The notes under the pieces are model-generated. The model had not been told where the DNA came from. It saw only the letters and a list, made by a program, of their open reading frames with translations, and did not search any database. A DNA stretch of 64,000 bases from Candidatus Levyibacteriota bacterium (GTDB lineage: Bacteria; Patescibacteriota; Microgenomatia; Levybacterales; UBA12049), in assembly GCA_029260905.1 (NCBI GenBank), contig JAJDCH010000016.1, positions 2,985 through 66,984 of the forward strand, read 5' to 3'. The position numbers and the translations under genes are program-made. Below are positions 48,871-56,922 of this stretch, piece after piece (positions within the stretch are counted from its first letter, which is position 1; each line of letters begins with the position of its first letter).

Positions 48871-50157
48871 TTATGCTGCTTGTTGTATCCTTGTCATATT
48901 GCGGATTGCAGCGAGATTTAGTCGGGCTTTATCTCTTGATTTTATATTAAACACTTGCATAAATGTTTCAACCTCAGCATTTGGATTTTCAAAAACCCAT
49001 GGCTTCTGCTCTACGAACTCTGTTGTATTGCCCTGGAATTCCTGCCATTTCTCAGGCAATCTTGCGCCTGTCATTTTGGCAACAGCTGAGAGGTTGAGGT
49101 AGGTCTTCTTCATATCACCTGCATAGAGGCTATCAGCTGCGGCAAGGTATCCATCAAGACCGTTTTGGAATTGTCCTTTTTCAAATCCACTCCTGATAGT
49201 TCTAAACTCTGTTGTATTGCCCTGGAATCCCTGCCATTTCTCAGGCAATCTTGCGCCTGTCATTTTGGCAACAGCTGAGAGGTTGAGGTAGGTCTTCTTC
49301 ATATCACCTGCATAGAAAAAATCGGCGGTTTCAAGATATAGTTTATATGATTGAGGATTTTCTGGGGAAACAATTTCTTTCAGTATTTCAGTTGCAGGTG
49401 TAAGCTCTTGTTTGCCAGAGGTGGCGATATCCAAAAATAATTCAGAGAAAAATTTATCAGCTTTTGTTGGAGTTTGGATTTTTTTGTTTTCTGATTCCTC
49501 CCAGCGCTCAAATAGGACAGGTTCTTCTGATTGTCTTCTGGTTCGGACCAGATCCCCTCTCCAGTCATAAAGAGAACGGGACGCCATGTATGACAGATTT
49601 ATTCCACGGAAATCATTACCTTTTACAACATCCCGCACGCCGTTAAATCTTTCTCCTGCGTAATCATTGAAAATATCAGTAAGAGCGCTCCTCGTTTCTG
49701 CCTCAAGCCATTTTTTGGTATCTTCCGTTATATTTTCCACTCTTGCTTCTTTTGCAAGCGTGCGGAGTGTTTCTATTTTGCCGATAGGAGAATCAGGGTC
49801 TACAGCCTGCCATTCTTTTTTCTCTTCATCATACTTGATCGCGCCAGGATTAAGAAAAGGGAGGATGTTTTCGCCTGGCTGTACATTGTTTGCTGCAAGT
49901 ATAGTGTCCCTTTTTCTTCTCCGTTCATTTTGGTTAAATATGATCCATTCTTGATTCAGGTTCCCCTGAGAGTCGAGAAAATCAGGAGTAGTAGAAAGTC
50001 TTTCATTTCTGCTCTCATCTCCGACAAAACGTTTAAAATGTGTAAAAAGTTGCCAGACAAGAGCCTTTTCTTTTCTTGATTCAGGTATTTGGATTTCTCT
50101 TGGTCTTTCTGCAGTTATCATGTCCCGTAGTATAGTATGTAGGCGTAAAAAAGTCAA
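48871..50157 (-). CDS. Hypothetical soluble protein with an internal near-perfect ~37-aa duplication
   Basis: 428-aa ORF. YAGDMKKTYLNLSAVAKMTGARLPEKWQ(G/E)FQGNTTEF occurs twice (DNA ~49055-49140 and ~49215-49300, nearly identical). No recognisable motif. Confidence 0.5.
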   Translation of the reverse strand: MTFLRLHTILRDMITAERPREIQIPESRKEKALVWQLFTHFKRFVGDESRNERLSTTPDFLDSQGNLNQEWIIFNQNERRRKRDTILAANNVQPGENILPFLNPGAIKYDEEKKEWQAVDPDSPIGKIETLRTLAKEARVENITEDTKKWLEAETRSALTDIFNDYAGERFNGVRDVVKGNDFRGINLSYMASRSLYDWRGDLVRTRRQSEEPVLFERWEESENKKIQTPTKADKFFSELFLDIATSGKQELTPATEILKEIVSPENPQSYKLYLETADFFYAGDMKKTYLNLSAVAKMTGARLPEKWQGFQGNTTEFRTIRSGFEKGQFQNGLDGYLAAADSLYAGDMKKTYLNLSAVAKMTGARLPEKWQEFQGNTTEFVEQKPWVFENPNAEVETFMQVFNIKSRDKARLNLAAIRNMTRIQQAA

Positions 50158-50226
50158 TTGATTTTTTATTTTTGATCACTACTGGATTTTTAACTGGGCA
50201 AGGTGGTAGTATTGGGTTATTTTTCC

Positions 50227-50258
50227 CATCCTATCATATTGGCAAAATGTGGGCAAGC
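50227..50258 (+). repeat. 32-bp direct repeat, copy 2. It overlaps the -35 box and spacer of the mreB(2) promoter.
   Basis: Identical to 48828-48859. Here it is followed by TATATT and the mreB start codon. Confidence 0.85.
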
Positions 50259-50267
50259 TGATATATT
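50239..50267 (+). promoter_or_regulatory. Candidate promoter TTGGCA-17 nt-TATATT immediately upstream of mreB copy 2. The mRNA is possibly leaderless.
   Basis: TTGGCA at 50239-50244, a 17-nt spacer, TATATT at 50262-50267. The ATG is at 50274. Confidence 0.4.
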
Positions 50268-50273
50268 AGAAGG

Positions 50274-51392
50274 ATGAATGCGCTTAATTCTTTCTACAAG
50301 CTCTTTAGTTATGATATTGGTATTGATCTTGGGACTGCCAATACTTTGATTTTTGTAAAATCCAAAGGAATTGCGATAAGAGAGCCATCTTTTGTTGCAA
50401 GACATAAAAAAAGTAAAAAGGTAATAGCAGTTGGAACTGAAGCTAAAAAAATGTTTGGAAAAACTCCAGCATCAATTGTAATTGTTCGTCCGCTCCAGGA
50501 TGGTGTGATTGCAGATCTTGATGCGACTGAGGCGATGATAAGTCATTATGTAAAACAAGTTCATGAAGTAGGAAGTTTCCTTCCCAAGCTTTTTGTCAGA
50601 CCCAAAGTAGTAGTTGGAATTCCTGGAGCAGTAACAGAAGTGCAAAGACGCGCTGTTTGGGAGGCATGTCTAACAGCGGGCGCGCGTGAGGCCAGTCTTA
50701 TCGAAGAACCAATGGCTGCTGCAATAGGTGAAGGAATTTCTATTTTTTCATCAAAAGGCGTGATGGTGGTTGATATAGGCGGTGGTACAAGTGAGATTGC
50801 GGTTATTTCACTTGGTGGGATAGTTGTAGGCCGATCTCTTAAAAAAGCTGGAGATCTGATGGATGAATCAATACTTCATTATATAAGACTCAAGCATGGA
50901 ATGTTGCTTGGGGCAAAAACAGCTGAGGATATAAAAATAAAAATTGGAAGCGCCTTGAAAACAAAATCAAAAAATAAAGACAAGAAATTAAAAATTGATG
51001 ATGGAGAGAAGCAGATTGAAGAAAAAGAGGCAGAGCAAGTAATGATAGTAAGAGGTCGTGATATTGAGACAGGACTCCCGCGAAGTATTAAGATAACAGA
51101 ATCCGAGGTAAGGGAAGCATTGTCCCCTGTGTTATCGGAGATTGTAGAGGGAGTAGCTGAAGTTTTGGAAGAAACACCACCTGAAATGTTGCCTGATATT
51201 CTTGATCAAGGGATACTTCTCACAGGGGGCGGAGCATTATTGTCAGGTCTTGATGAGATGATAGTTGAGCGGGTGCATATACCTGTTGTTGTTTCCAGTG
51301 ATCCTCTGACATCAGTTGTAAGAGGAACAGGAAAAGTTCTTGAGGATGAAAAGCTACTTGAAAAAGTAAGGGTTATTGGGGGTTTGAGATAG
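50274..51392 (+). CDS. mreB: Rod shape-determining protein MreB (copy 2), carrying a K/E-rich insertion
   Basis: 372 aa. GIDLGTANTLIFV and the MreB pattern. A ~25-aa insertion (KTKSKNKDKKLKIDDGEKQIEEKEAEQ) is absent from copy 1. Followed by mreC, mreD and mrdA. Confidence 0.85.
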   Translation: MNALNSFYKLFSYDIGIDLGTANTLIFVKSKGIAIREPSFVARHKKSKKVIAVGTEAKKMFGKTPASIVIVRPLQDGVIADLDATEAMISHYVKQVHEVGSFLPKLFVRPKVVVGIPGAVTEVQRRAVWEACLTAGAREASLIEEPMAAAIGEGISIFSSKGVMVVDIGGGTSEIAVISLGGIVVGRSLKKAGDLMDESILHYIRLKHGMLLGAKTAEDIKIKIGSALKTKSKNKDKKLKIDDGEKQIEEKEAEQVMIVRGRDIETGLPRSIKITESEVREALSPVLSEIVEGVAEVLEETPPEMLPDILDQGILLTGGGALLSGLDEMIVERVHIPVVVSSDPLTSVVRGTGKVLEDEKLLEKVRVIGGLR

Positions 51393-51438
51393 TTTTTCTA
51401 GTTGACAGGATAGAATTTCTTGATATACTAAGCTTGAA

Positions 51439-51795
51439 ATGTTGGGACGTTTTGAGGAGCAGGATATATCTTCTCAACTAAGAGAGCTTGAAAAAGATAA
51501 AAAAATGCAAAGTTTTGAGGATAAGGTGTTGGCAACAATAGGCATCATGAATATTAAAGGGTATAGAGCTTCTATTGGAAATATCGCTCAAGCAGTTGAA
51601 TCTGGATTTCCGGAATTGAGAGGCAGGCTTGCTTCAGAACAACTGAATGTTCAGGAATTTTTACCTGATATTTTAGGTCATCTTGGGGCTATGGGATTTG
51701 TAGAATCAAGAAGGCCTAAGATTATTTTTAGAAGATTGAAACCAAGGTATAAGCTGACAGATTTTTTAAATCTTCCCGCTCCAGCAAAAGCATAA
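51439..51795 (+). CDS. Hypothetical protein between mreB and mreC
   Basis: 118-aa ORF with no recognisable motif. Confidence 0.3.
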   Translation: MLGRFEEQDISSQLRELEKDKKMQSFEDKVLATIGIMNIKGYRASIGNIAQAVESGFPELRGRLASEQLNVQEFLPDILGHLGAMGFVESRRPKIIFRRLKPRYKLTDFLNLPAPAKA

Positions 51796-51845
51796 ATATC
51801 TTTTCCCAATTTGTAAATACATACCCCAAGGTATAAAATAGCTTT

Positions 51846-52616
51846 ATGCAAAAGAAGCAGAAAATATTTTTACCTTTTTTAGTTTTTATAATTTTTTCTC
51901 TTCTGATTTTTTTTCTTTCTTCAAATAACTTACTTAGTGGTTTTACATCTGGTCTTGAAAATATGACAAATCCTATCAGGCAAACGATCTATAATGCTTT
52001 TGGTAAATCAGAGACAGATACGGAGCAATTGAAAAAACTCAAAAATGAAAACATTCGTCTTGCAGCAGAATTATCTGATAAAAGAGAACAGGATCTAGAA
52101 ATAGCAGCGCTTCGTGCGCAATTTGCATCAGATTATCCCAGTCCCAAAAAACTGTTGCCTGCATCAATAATAGGAAGAAACGATAAAGAATTTATAATTA
52201 ACAAGGGAGAAAAAGACGGTGTAGACAAAGAAAGTGTTGTTGTTTATGAAGACAATCTGGTTGGAGTGATTGGTAAAGAAACTGGTCATTTGTCAGCTGT
52301 TTTATTTCTTACAGATGAGAATGTCTCTTTCACGGCAAAGACCAGTAAGACTGGCGCAAAAGGAGTTCTTGTCGGAGATGGGGGAGGCATGGTTTTGCAA
52401 AATGTTACGCTCTCTGACAAGCTTGAAAAAGGTGATTTGGTGGTAACCTCCGGGAATGTAGATAGCAAAGGAGGAATACCGCCTGATCTGGTTGTTGGGA
52501 AAATTATCTCAATAAACAAGAAATCAAGTGATGTATTTCAATCTGCAGAGGTGAAGAGTCTTGTTGATATAGAATCGCTTGAGACAGTATTTGTCAAAAT
52601 AGCTGATAGCTTATAA
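51846..52616 (+). CDS. mreC: Rod shape-determining protein MreC
   Basis: 256 aa. N-terminal TM helix, a coiled-coil, then a beta-rich domain (GDLVVTSGNVDSKGGIPPDLVVGKI). Confidence 0.75.
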   Translation: MQKKQKIFLPFLVFIIFSLLIFFLSSNNLLSGFTSGLENMTNPIRQTIYNAFGKSETDTEQLKKLKNENIRLAAELSDKREQDLEIAALRAQFASDYPSPKKLLPASIIGRNDKEFIINKGEKDGVDKESVVVYEDNLVGVIGKETGHLSAVLFLTDENVSFTAKTSKTGAKGVLVGDGGGMVLQNVTLSDKLEKGDLVVTSGNVDSKGGIPPDLVVGKIISINKKSSDVFQSAEVKSLVDIESLETVFVKIADSL

Positions 52617-52619
52617 TTT

Positions 52620-53033
52620 ATGTTTATTTTTTTACTTGTTTGTTTATTTTTGGTAATCGTTTTGCTCGAGGGAACTACTGTTTCAGTACCTCTCTCATTT
52701 ATTGCTCTTTTGCTTTTGACGATTTATAAAAGAGACAGTTTTGTTTTTTTCCCAGCATTTTTTTCAGGAATTTTTCTTGACGTGTTACTTCTAAGACCAA
52801 TTGGCGCAACTAGTTTGTATTTTCTGATCTTTTGCTTTCTTATTCTTTTGTATCAGCGAAAATATGAGATAAGATCATATCCGTTTGTGATCGTCAGTTC
52901 ATTTATAGGTTCATATTTCTATTTGCTTATTTTAAATGGTAGCGCTGCTTTGGGGCTATCTATAATTTCATCAATTGTAGCGCTTAGCTTATTTTTGGGG
53001 TTTAGTACAAGTAGTTTTCGAAGCAAGAAGTAG
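52620..53033 (+). CDS. mreD: Rod shape-determining protein MreD (small polytopic membrane protein)
   Basis: 137 aa with 4-5 TM helices. Positioned between mreC and the PBP2 gene. Confidence 0.5.
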   Translation: MFIFLLVCLFLVIVLLEGTTVSVPLSFIALLLLTIYKRDSFVFFPAFFSGIFLDVLLLRPIGATSLYFLIFCFLILLYQRKYEIRSYPFVIVSSFIGSYFYLLILNGSAALGLSIISSIVALSLFLGFSTSSFRSKK

Positions 53034-53096
53034 GAGTTGGGAATTATGGTTTCTTTTATTTTCCTAATTCATTATTCTTAATTTATTATTCATATT

Positions 53097-54911
53097 ATGA
53101 AAACAGGTCCAATTTTTGGTGAACAGATAAGAACCGAAAAAATCAGAAAAAGAAGGTATGATGGTGATGGATTCAAAGTGAAAACAAGGGATTTTTTTCT
53201 GCCAGTTGTTTTGTTTTTTGCTGCAGCTGTACTTATCTTTCAACTATTCTCACTTCAAATAGTCAGAGGAGAAGAGTATAGGCAGCTTTCTGATTCCAAC
53301 AGAATTCGTACCAAAATTGTTCATGCGCCAAGGGGTGTTATTTTTGATAGAAATGGTACTCCGCTTGTTATCAATTCACCTGGATTTAGACAAACGGTAG
53401 AAGATAAGGATTGCGATAATTGCACAAAAACAAAAGCTCTCTCAAAAGATGAAGCGCTTCCTTTAATAGCAAAAGGCATAAAGAATATAGAAGTTGATAG
53501 CCTGCGTGAATATTCTTACAAAGATTCATTGGCGCACGTTCTTGGCTATATCGGGCAGATATCAGAAGTGGAGTTAAAAAGTCCGACATTTTTTGATTAT
53601 CAGGCAAATTCTTGGATAGGAAAATCAGGCATTGAAAGGCAATATGAAGAAATTCTCAAGGGAGTGGATGGAAAAGAATTGGTGGAGATTGATGCAGCGG
53701 GTAGAGAGGTCAGACCGCTTGGACGGACAGATCCTTTTCCTGGTACTGATATCACGTTGACGATAGATGCAAAGCTTCAAGAAGCTGTATATGATGCCAC
53801 AAAAGATGTAAAAAAAGGAGCAGTGGTTGTTTCTACGCCTGATGGGCAAATACTCGCCATGATATCTCGTCCGAGTTTTGATCCAAATCTTTTTACTCTT
53901 GGTAGTAAATATGAAACAGCTAGCACTTCAGCATATAAAAATATTGAGTCAATATTGACAGATAATACAAGTCAGCCTGTTTTGAATAGAGTAATAGGTG
54001 GTGTGTATCCGCCTGGTTCTACTTTTAAAATTATTACAGCTGCTGGAGGACTTGAAGAAAGCGCGATTGATAAAAGCTATACAGTTGAAGATACAGGGAT
54101 TTTGAGAGTCGGGGAGTTTTCTTTTGCAAATTGGTACTACACTGATTATGGAAGAACTGAGCCGGGTAAGTTAAATGTGGTTCGGGGACTTTCCAGATCA
54201 AATGACATTTTTTTCTACAAATTAGCAGAAAAGATCGGAGTTGACAATCTTTCTAGATTTGCAGAGAAATGGGGTTTGGGAGAAAAAACAGGCATTGATC
54301 TTGGCGGTGAAGTAAAAGGATTGGTTCCAGATCCAAACTGGAAAAAAGAGGTAATCGGTGAGAGCTGGTATTTGGGAGATACATTTATTTTTGGAATTGG
54401 GCAGGGATTTTTATTGACAACACCACTTCAGGTAAATAGTTTTACAGAAATTGTTGCCAATGGTGGCACGCTTTATCAACCGCGGTTGATAAAAACGCAA
54501 AGCGCAAAACGAAAAGAGCAAAACTTATTAAACCAGAAGAATAGAGAATTGATCCGACAGGGAATGATTGATAGTTGTAGTTCAGGAGTTGGTGTTGCTT
54601 GGCCATTGTTTAATTTTAGTGTAGATAGCAAAGGATTAGAGGAAAAGATCGATAGTAAGAATTATTTTGAAGTTAAGACTGGATCTGATTCTGCTGCTTT
54701 GAAAGATCAAGTGGGTATAAGTATTGCCTGCAAGACAGGTACTGCACAGCATGGAGGCGAAGAGACATTGCCACATGCCTGGATCACGCTCTTTGCACCA
54801 GCCTATGATCCTGAAATAGTCATAACTGTCTTGAATGAAGAAAGTGGTGAGGGATCCAATAAAGCCGCACCAATCGCTAAAGAAATTCTAAAGGCATATT
54901 TTACCCAATAA
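53097..54911 (+). CDS. mrdA: Penicillin-binding protein 2 (peptidoglycan D,D-transpeptidase)
   Basis: 604 aa. N-terminal TM helix. SxxK (GSTFKIITAAGGLEE), SxN and KTG (CKTGTAQ) motifs. Confidence 0.9.
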   Translation: MKTGPIFGEQIRTEKIRKRRYDGDGFKVKTRDFFLPVVLFFAAAVLIFQLFSLQIVRGEEYRQLSDSNRIRTKIVHAPRGVIFDRNGTPLVINSPGFRQTVEDKDCDNCTKTKALSKDEALPLIAKGIKNIEVDSLREYSYKDSLAHVLGYIGQISEVELKSPTFFDYQANSWIGKSGIERQYEEILKGVDGKELVEIDAAGREVRPLGRTDPFPGTDITLTIDAKLQEAVYDATKDVKKGAVVVSTPDGQILAMISRPSFDPNLFTLGSKYETASTSAYKNIESILTDNTSQPVLNRVIGGVYPPGSTFKIITAAGGLEESAIDKSYTVEDTGILRVGEFSFANWYYTDYGRTEPGKLNVVRGLSRSNDIFFYKLAEKIGVDNLSRFAEKWGLGEKTGIDLGGEVKGLVPDPNWKKEVIGESWYLGDTFIFGIGQGFLLTTPLQVNSFTEIVANGGTLYQPRLIKTQSAKRKEQNLLNQKNRELIRQGMIDSCSSGVGVAWPLFNFSVDSKGLEEKIDSKNYFEVKTGSDSAALKDQVGISIACKTGTAQHGGEETLPHAWITLFAPAYDPEIVITVLNEESGEGSNKAAPIAKEILKAYFTQ

Positions 54912-55418
54912 TACTATAGGGCTTGAAATCTACAGAGAGAGAGAGAGTAAAATTCTGCCTAATTATGGCAGAAAAAAGTCCAAAAATAACAAACCTACCT
55001 ATAGCTGGGAGGGGTGAAATGATTGCTTCTGAGATTGAGCAAGAGCTTAGTGGATCTAAAAAGATAAGTAAAATCTTTTAAGGAATTGGTAATAGGAGAT
55101 GTTAGGCGACAAATGAGTATGAATAGGATCGATCCTACTAGTGCTTGTTTTGATGATTTTAGCTATCTAGATTTAGATCCAGAGGTAGAGGAGGCGAAGA
55201 GAGATCCGGTAATAGGAAGCGAAAAGATTGGACCTGACCAAAATCATTTTCCCAAAAGCTAAAATTTATTTACTTTTTTCAAAAATTTGGTTTTCTGCTA
55301 ATGTTTTTTCCTAGAAACGACTCATCTATTTTTAGTTAGTTAAGATTTTTAGTCTTTTTAATATAGTCAAAGTAAATTGTTTCACAAATTTACGATACAA
55401 TATTATCCTTTATTATTC

Positions 55419-55460
55419 CTACACATCTTTTTTACACGATCGTCTTAAAAAAATGTGTAG
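55419..55460 (+). promoter_or_regulatory. 42-bp palindromic operator (copy A) centred on ACGATCGT
   Basis: CTACACAT-N10-ACGATCGTC-N9-ATGTGTAG. The arms are near-perfect inverted repeats. An extended -10 TGTATAAT follows at 55467-55474. Confidence 0.6.
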
Positions 55461-55465
55461 TCAAA

Positions 55466-55852
55466 ATGTATAATAATGTATTTTTTATGAATGGGATTGA
55501 GCTTTTCTGGTGTGTGGTTTGGGGAAAATCAGTTGACAACAAAGACCAAATTGATAATAATGCAGCTAATTATATGGGTAAAATAGTCGAGAGTTATGGG
55601 GATATTCGACAGATGCAGAGAGAGGCAGGAAGTGCCATAGTTTGCTCCATGAGAAAGGCAGGACATGGCTTGCCGAGAACTGGAATTTTATTTGCTGTTC
55701 ACAAGGATGTGAGGGATAAGTTGGGTCCTGCAGTTATGGATGTAGCTCTTGGTCGGTTGATAGATTCGGGAAGGGTATGGACGAGGCGGTTTAGAAGAGA
55801 GGAAAACGAGCCTATTGTTTACTATCTGCGGAGGGATCTAAAAAATGGCTAA
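55466..55852 (+). CDS. Small winged-helix-like protein, a candidate transcription factor
   Basis: ORF-track start is 55466. The true start is probably the ATG at 55487, after the TGTATAAT box. C-terminal GILFAVHKDVRDKLGPAVMDVALGRLIDSGRVWTRRF...EPIVYYLR resembles a wHTH recognition helix plus wing. Confidence 0.4.
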   Translation: MYNNVFFMNGIELFWCVVWGKSVDNKDQIDNNAANYMGKIVESYGDIRQMQREAGSAIVCSMRKAGHGLPRTGILFAVHKDVRDKLGPAVMDVALGRLIDSGRVWTRRFRREENEPIVYYLRRDLKNG

Positions 55853-56235
55853 GAAGGAGACTATTTTCTTCGGAATAATGTCCTCATTTTTGATTTATTT
55901 GGTGGTGGTTCATTTCTCTCTGTATCTTTATTTATTTCGCGTGCACGCGCGGAGCCACTAGGCACAAAAAGAAGGTATTCCCAAGCCTCAGGTTTTCTTC
56001 TCTGACCGGGTTTAAATCCTCTTGAGAGTTTCTCTACATGAGCCATGATGTCCAACAGCTTATAATTTAATTATTAACGCCCTAGATTTTTTTGTCAACA
56101 GGGCAATTTTTGTTGATATACCTAGACAATGGCTGAGAGATCTTATTGGCTTGGGTTTTTATATTTTTGGGTTGTTTCAAAAATCGTTAATACATCGTTT
56201 GGGGATTAGAAATTTTTGAAATAATCTGTATTTTC

Positions 56236-56275
56236 TTGACAATTTTTATATACGATCGTCATAATAAATTGTGTA
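56236..56275 (+). promoter_or_regulatory. Promoter/operator module (copy B): TTGACA-ATTTTTAT-ACGATCGTC-N9-TGTGTA
   Basis: TTGACA at 56236-56241 and CATAAT at 56260-56265 (18-nt spacer), with ACGATCGTC at 56252-56260 inside the spacer. TGTGTA at 56270-56275. The ATG is at 56279. Confidence 0.55.
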
Positions 56276-56278
56276 GAT

Positions 56279-56824
56279 ATGAAAAATAGAAGTGTGGTAT
56301 CCAGAGGTTTGACTAAGGCTATTTTGGGTGGAATTGCTGCTGGGGCAGTTATTGGAACGGCATTGATTTTTCCGGCAGCAGGATTTCTCTATAAAGAATT
56401 TAAGAAAGAGCAGTGGAAAAACGTAAAGAAGAGAGGAGTGCTTAGTTCAACTATCAAAAGGCTTGAAAAGCAGAATCTCATTGCATGGAAAGAGGTTGAT
56501 GGACAGCTGAGGCTGGTTTTGACAGAAAATGGGAGAAAAAAGGTGCTGCAATTTGATATCGACAACTTGCAGATCAAAAAGTCATCTAAATGGGATAAAT
56601 TATGGAGGGTAATTGTTTTTGATATCCCAGAAGAGAAACGGACTGCACGAGATATGTTGCGTAGAAAACTTCGAGAGCTTGAGTTTAGTCAGCTTCAGAA
56701 AAGTGTTTTTGTATCACGTTTTGAGTGCAGAGATGAGGTAGATTTTCTTCGTCACGCCCTGGAAATCGCGCCATTTGTTCATTATATACTCGCAAAAGAC
56801 ATATCAGGTGTTCTGAAGAAGTGA
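56279..56824 (+). CDS. Membrane-anchored PaaX-like protein: TM helix + winged helix + Cas2-fold (PaaX_C/VapD-like) domain
   Basis: 181 aa. TM helix (AILGGIAAGAVIGTALIFPAAGFLY). wHTH-like LSSTIKRLEKQNLIAWKEVDGQLRLVLTENGRKKV. The C-terminal WRVIVFDIPEEKRTARDMLRRKLRELEFSQLQKSVFVSRFEC matches the Cas2 pattern (hVhYDV...KRR..h...L..hG.RhQ.SVFEC). Confidence 0.45.
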   Translation: MKNRSVVSRGLTKAILGGIAAGAVIGTALIFPAAGFLYKEFKKEQWKNVKKRGVLSSTIKRLEKQNLIAWKEVDGQLRLVLTENGRKKVLQFDIDNLQIKKSSKWDKLWRVIVFDIPEEKRTARDMLRRKLRELEFSQLQKSVFVSRFECRDEVDFLRHALEIAPFVHYILAKDISGVLKK

Positions 56825-56860
56825 CAATTTTTATCAACGATCGTCTCTAAAAATTGTGTA
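56822..56860 (+). promoter_or_regulatory. Promoter/operator module (copy C) upstream of dprA: TGACAATTTTTAT-CA-ACGATCGTC-N9-TGTGTA
   Basis: Shares the 13-mer TGACAATTTTTAT, the ACGATCGTC core (56837-56845) and the TGTGTA box (56855-56860) with copy B at identical spacings. Confidence 0.55.
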
Positions 56861-56922
56861 AATTGAGGTGGATTTTTGAGGATATAGTTCTGATGTATGG
56901 AATGGTTTTGATTTAAAATATT

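Noticed and set aside
54965-55262. Two micro-ORFs (38 aa at 54965..55081; 49 aa at 55113..55262) and an (AG)7 dinucleotide run at 54934-54947
   Set aside because: No RBS for the second ORF, no motif, and below any confident size. Noted only because they lie just upstream of the operator cluster.
55861-56055. 64-aa minus-strand ORF in the spacer between the wHTH gene and the PaaX-like gene
   Set aside because: Basic low-complexity shadow frame containing a GC-rich palindromic stretch (GCGTGCACGCGCGG). More likely a terminator or structural element than a gene.
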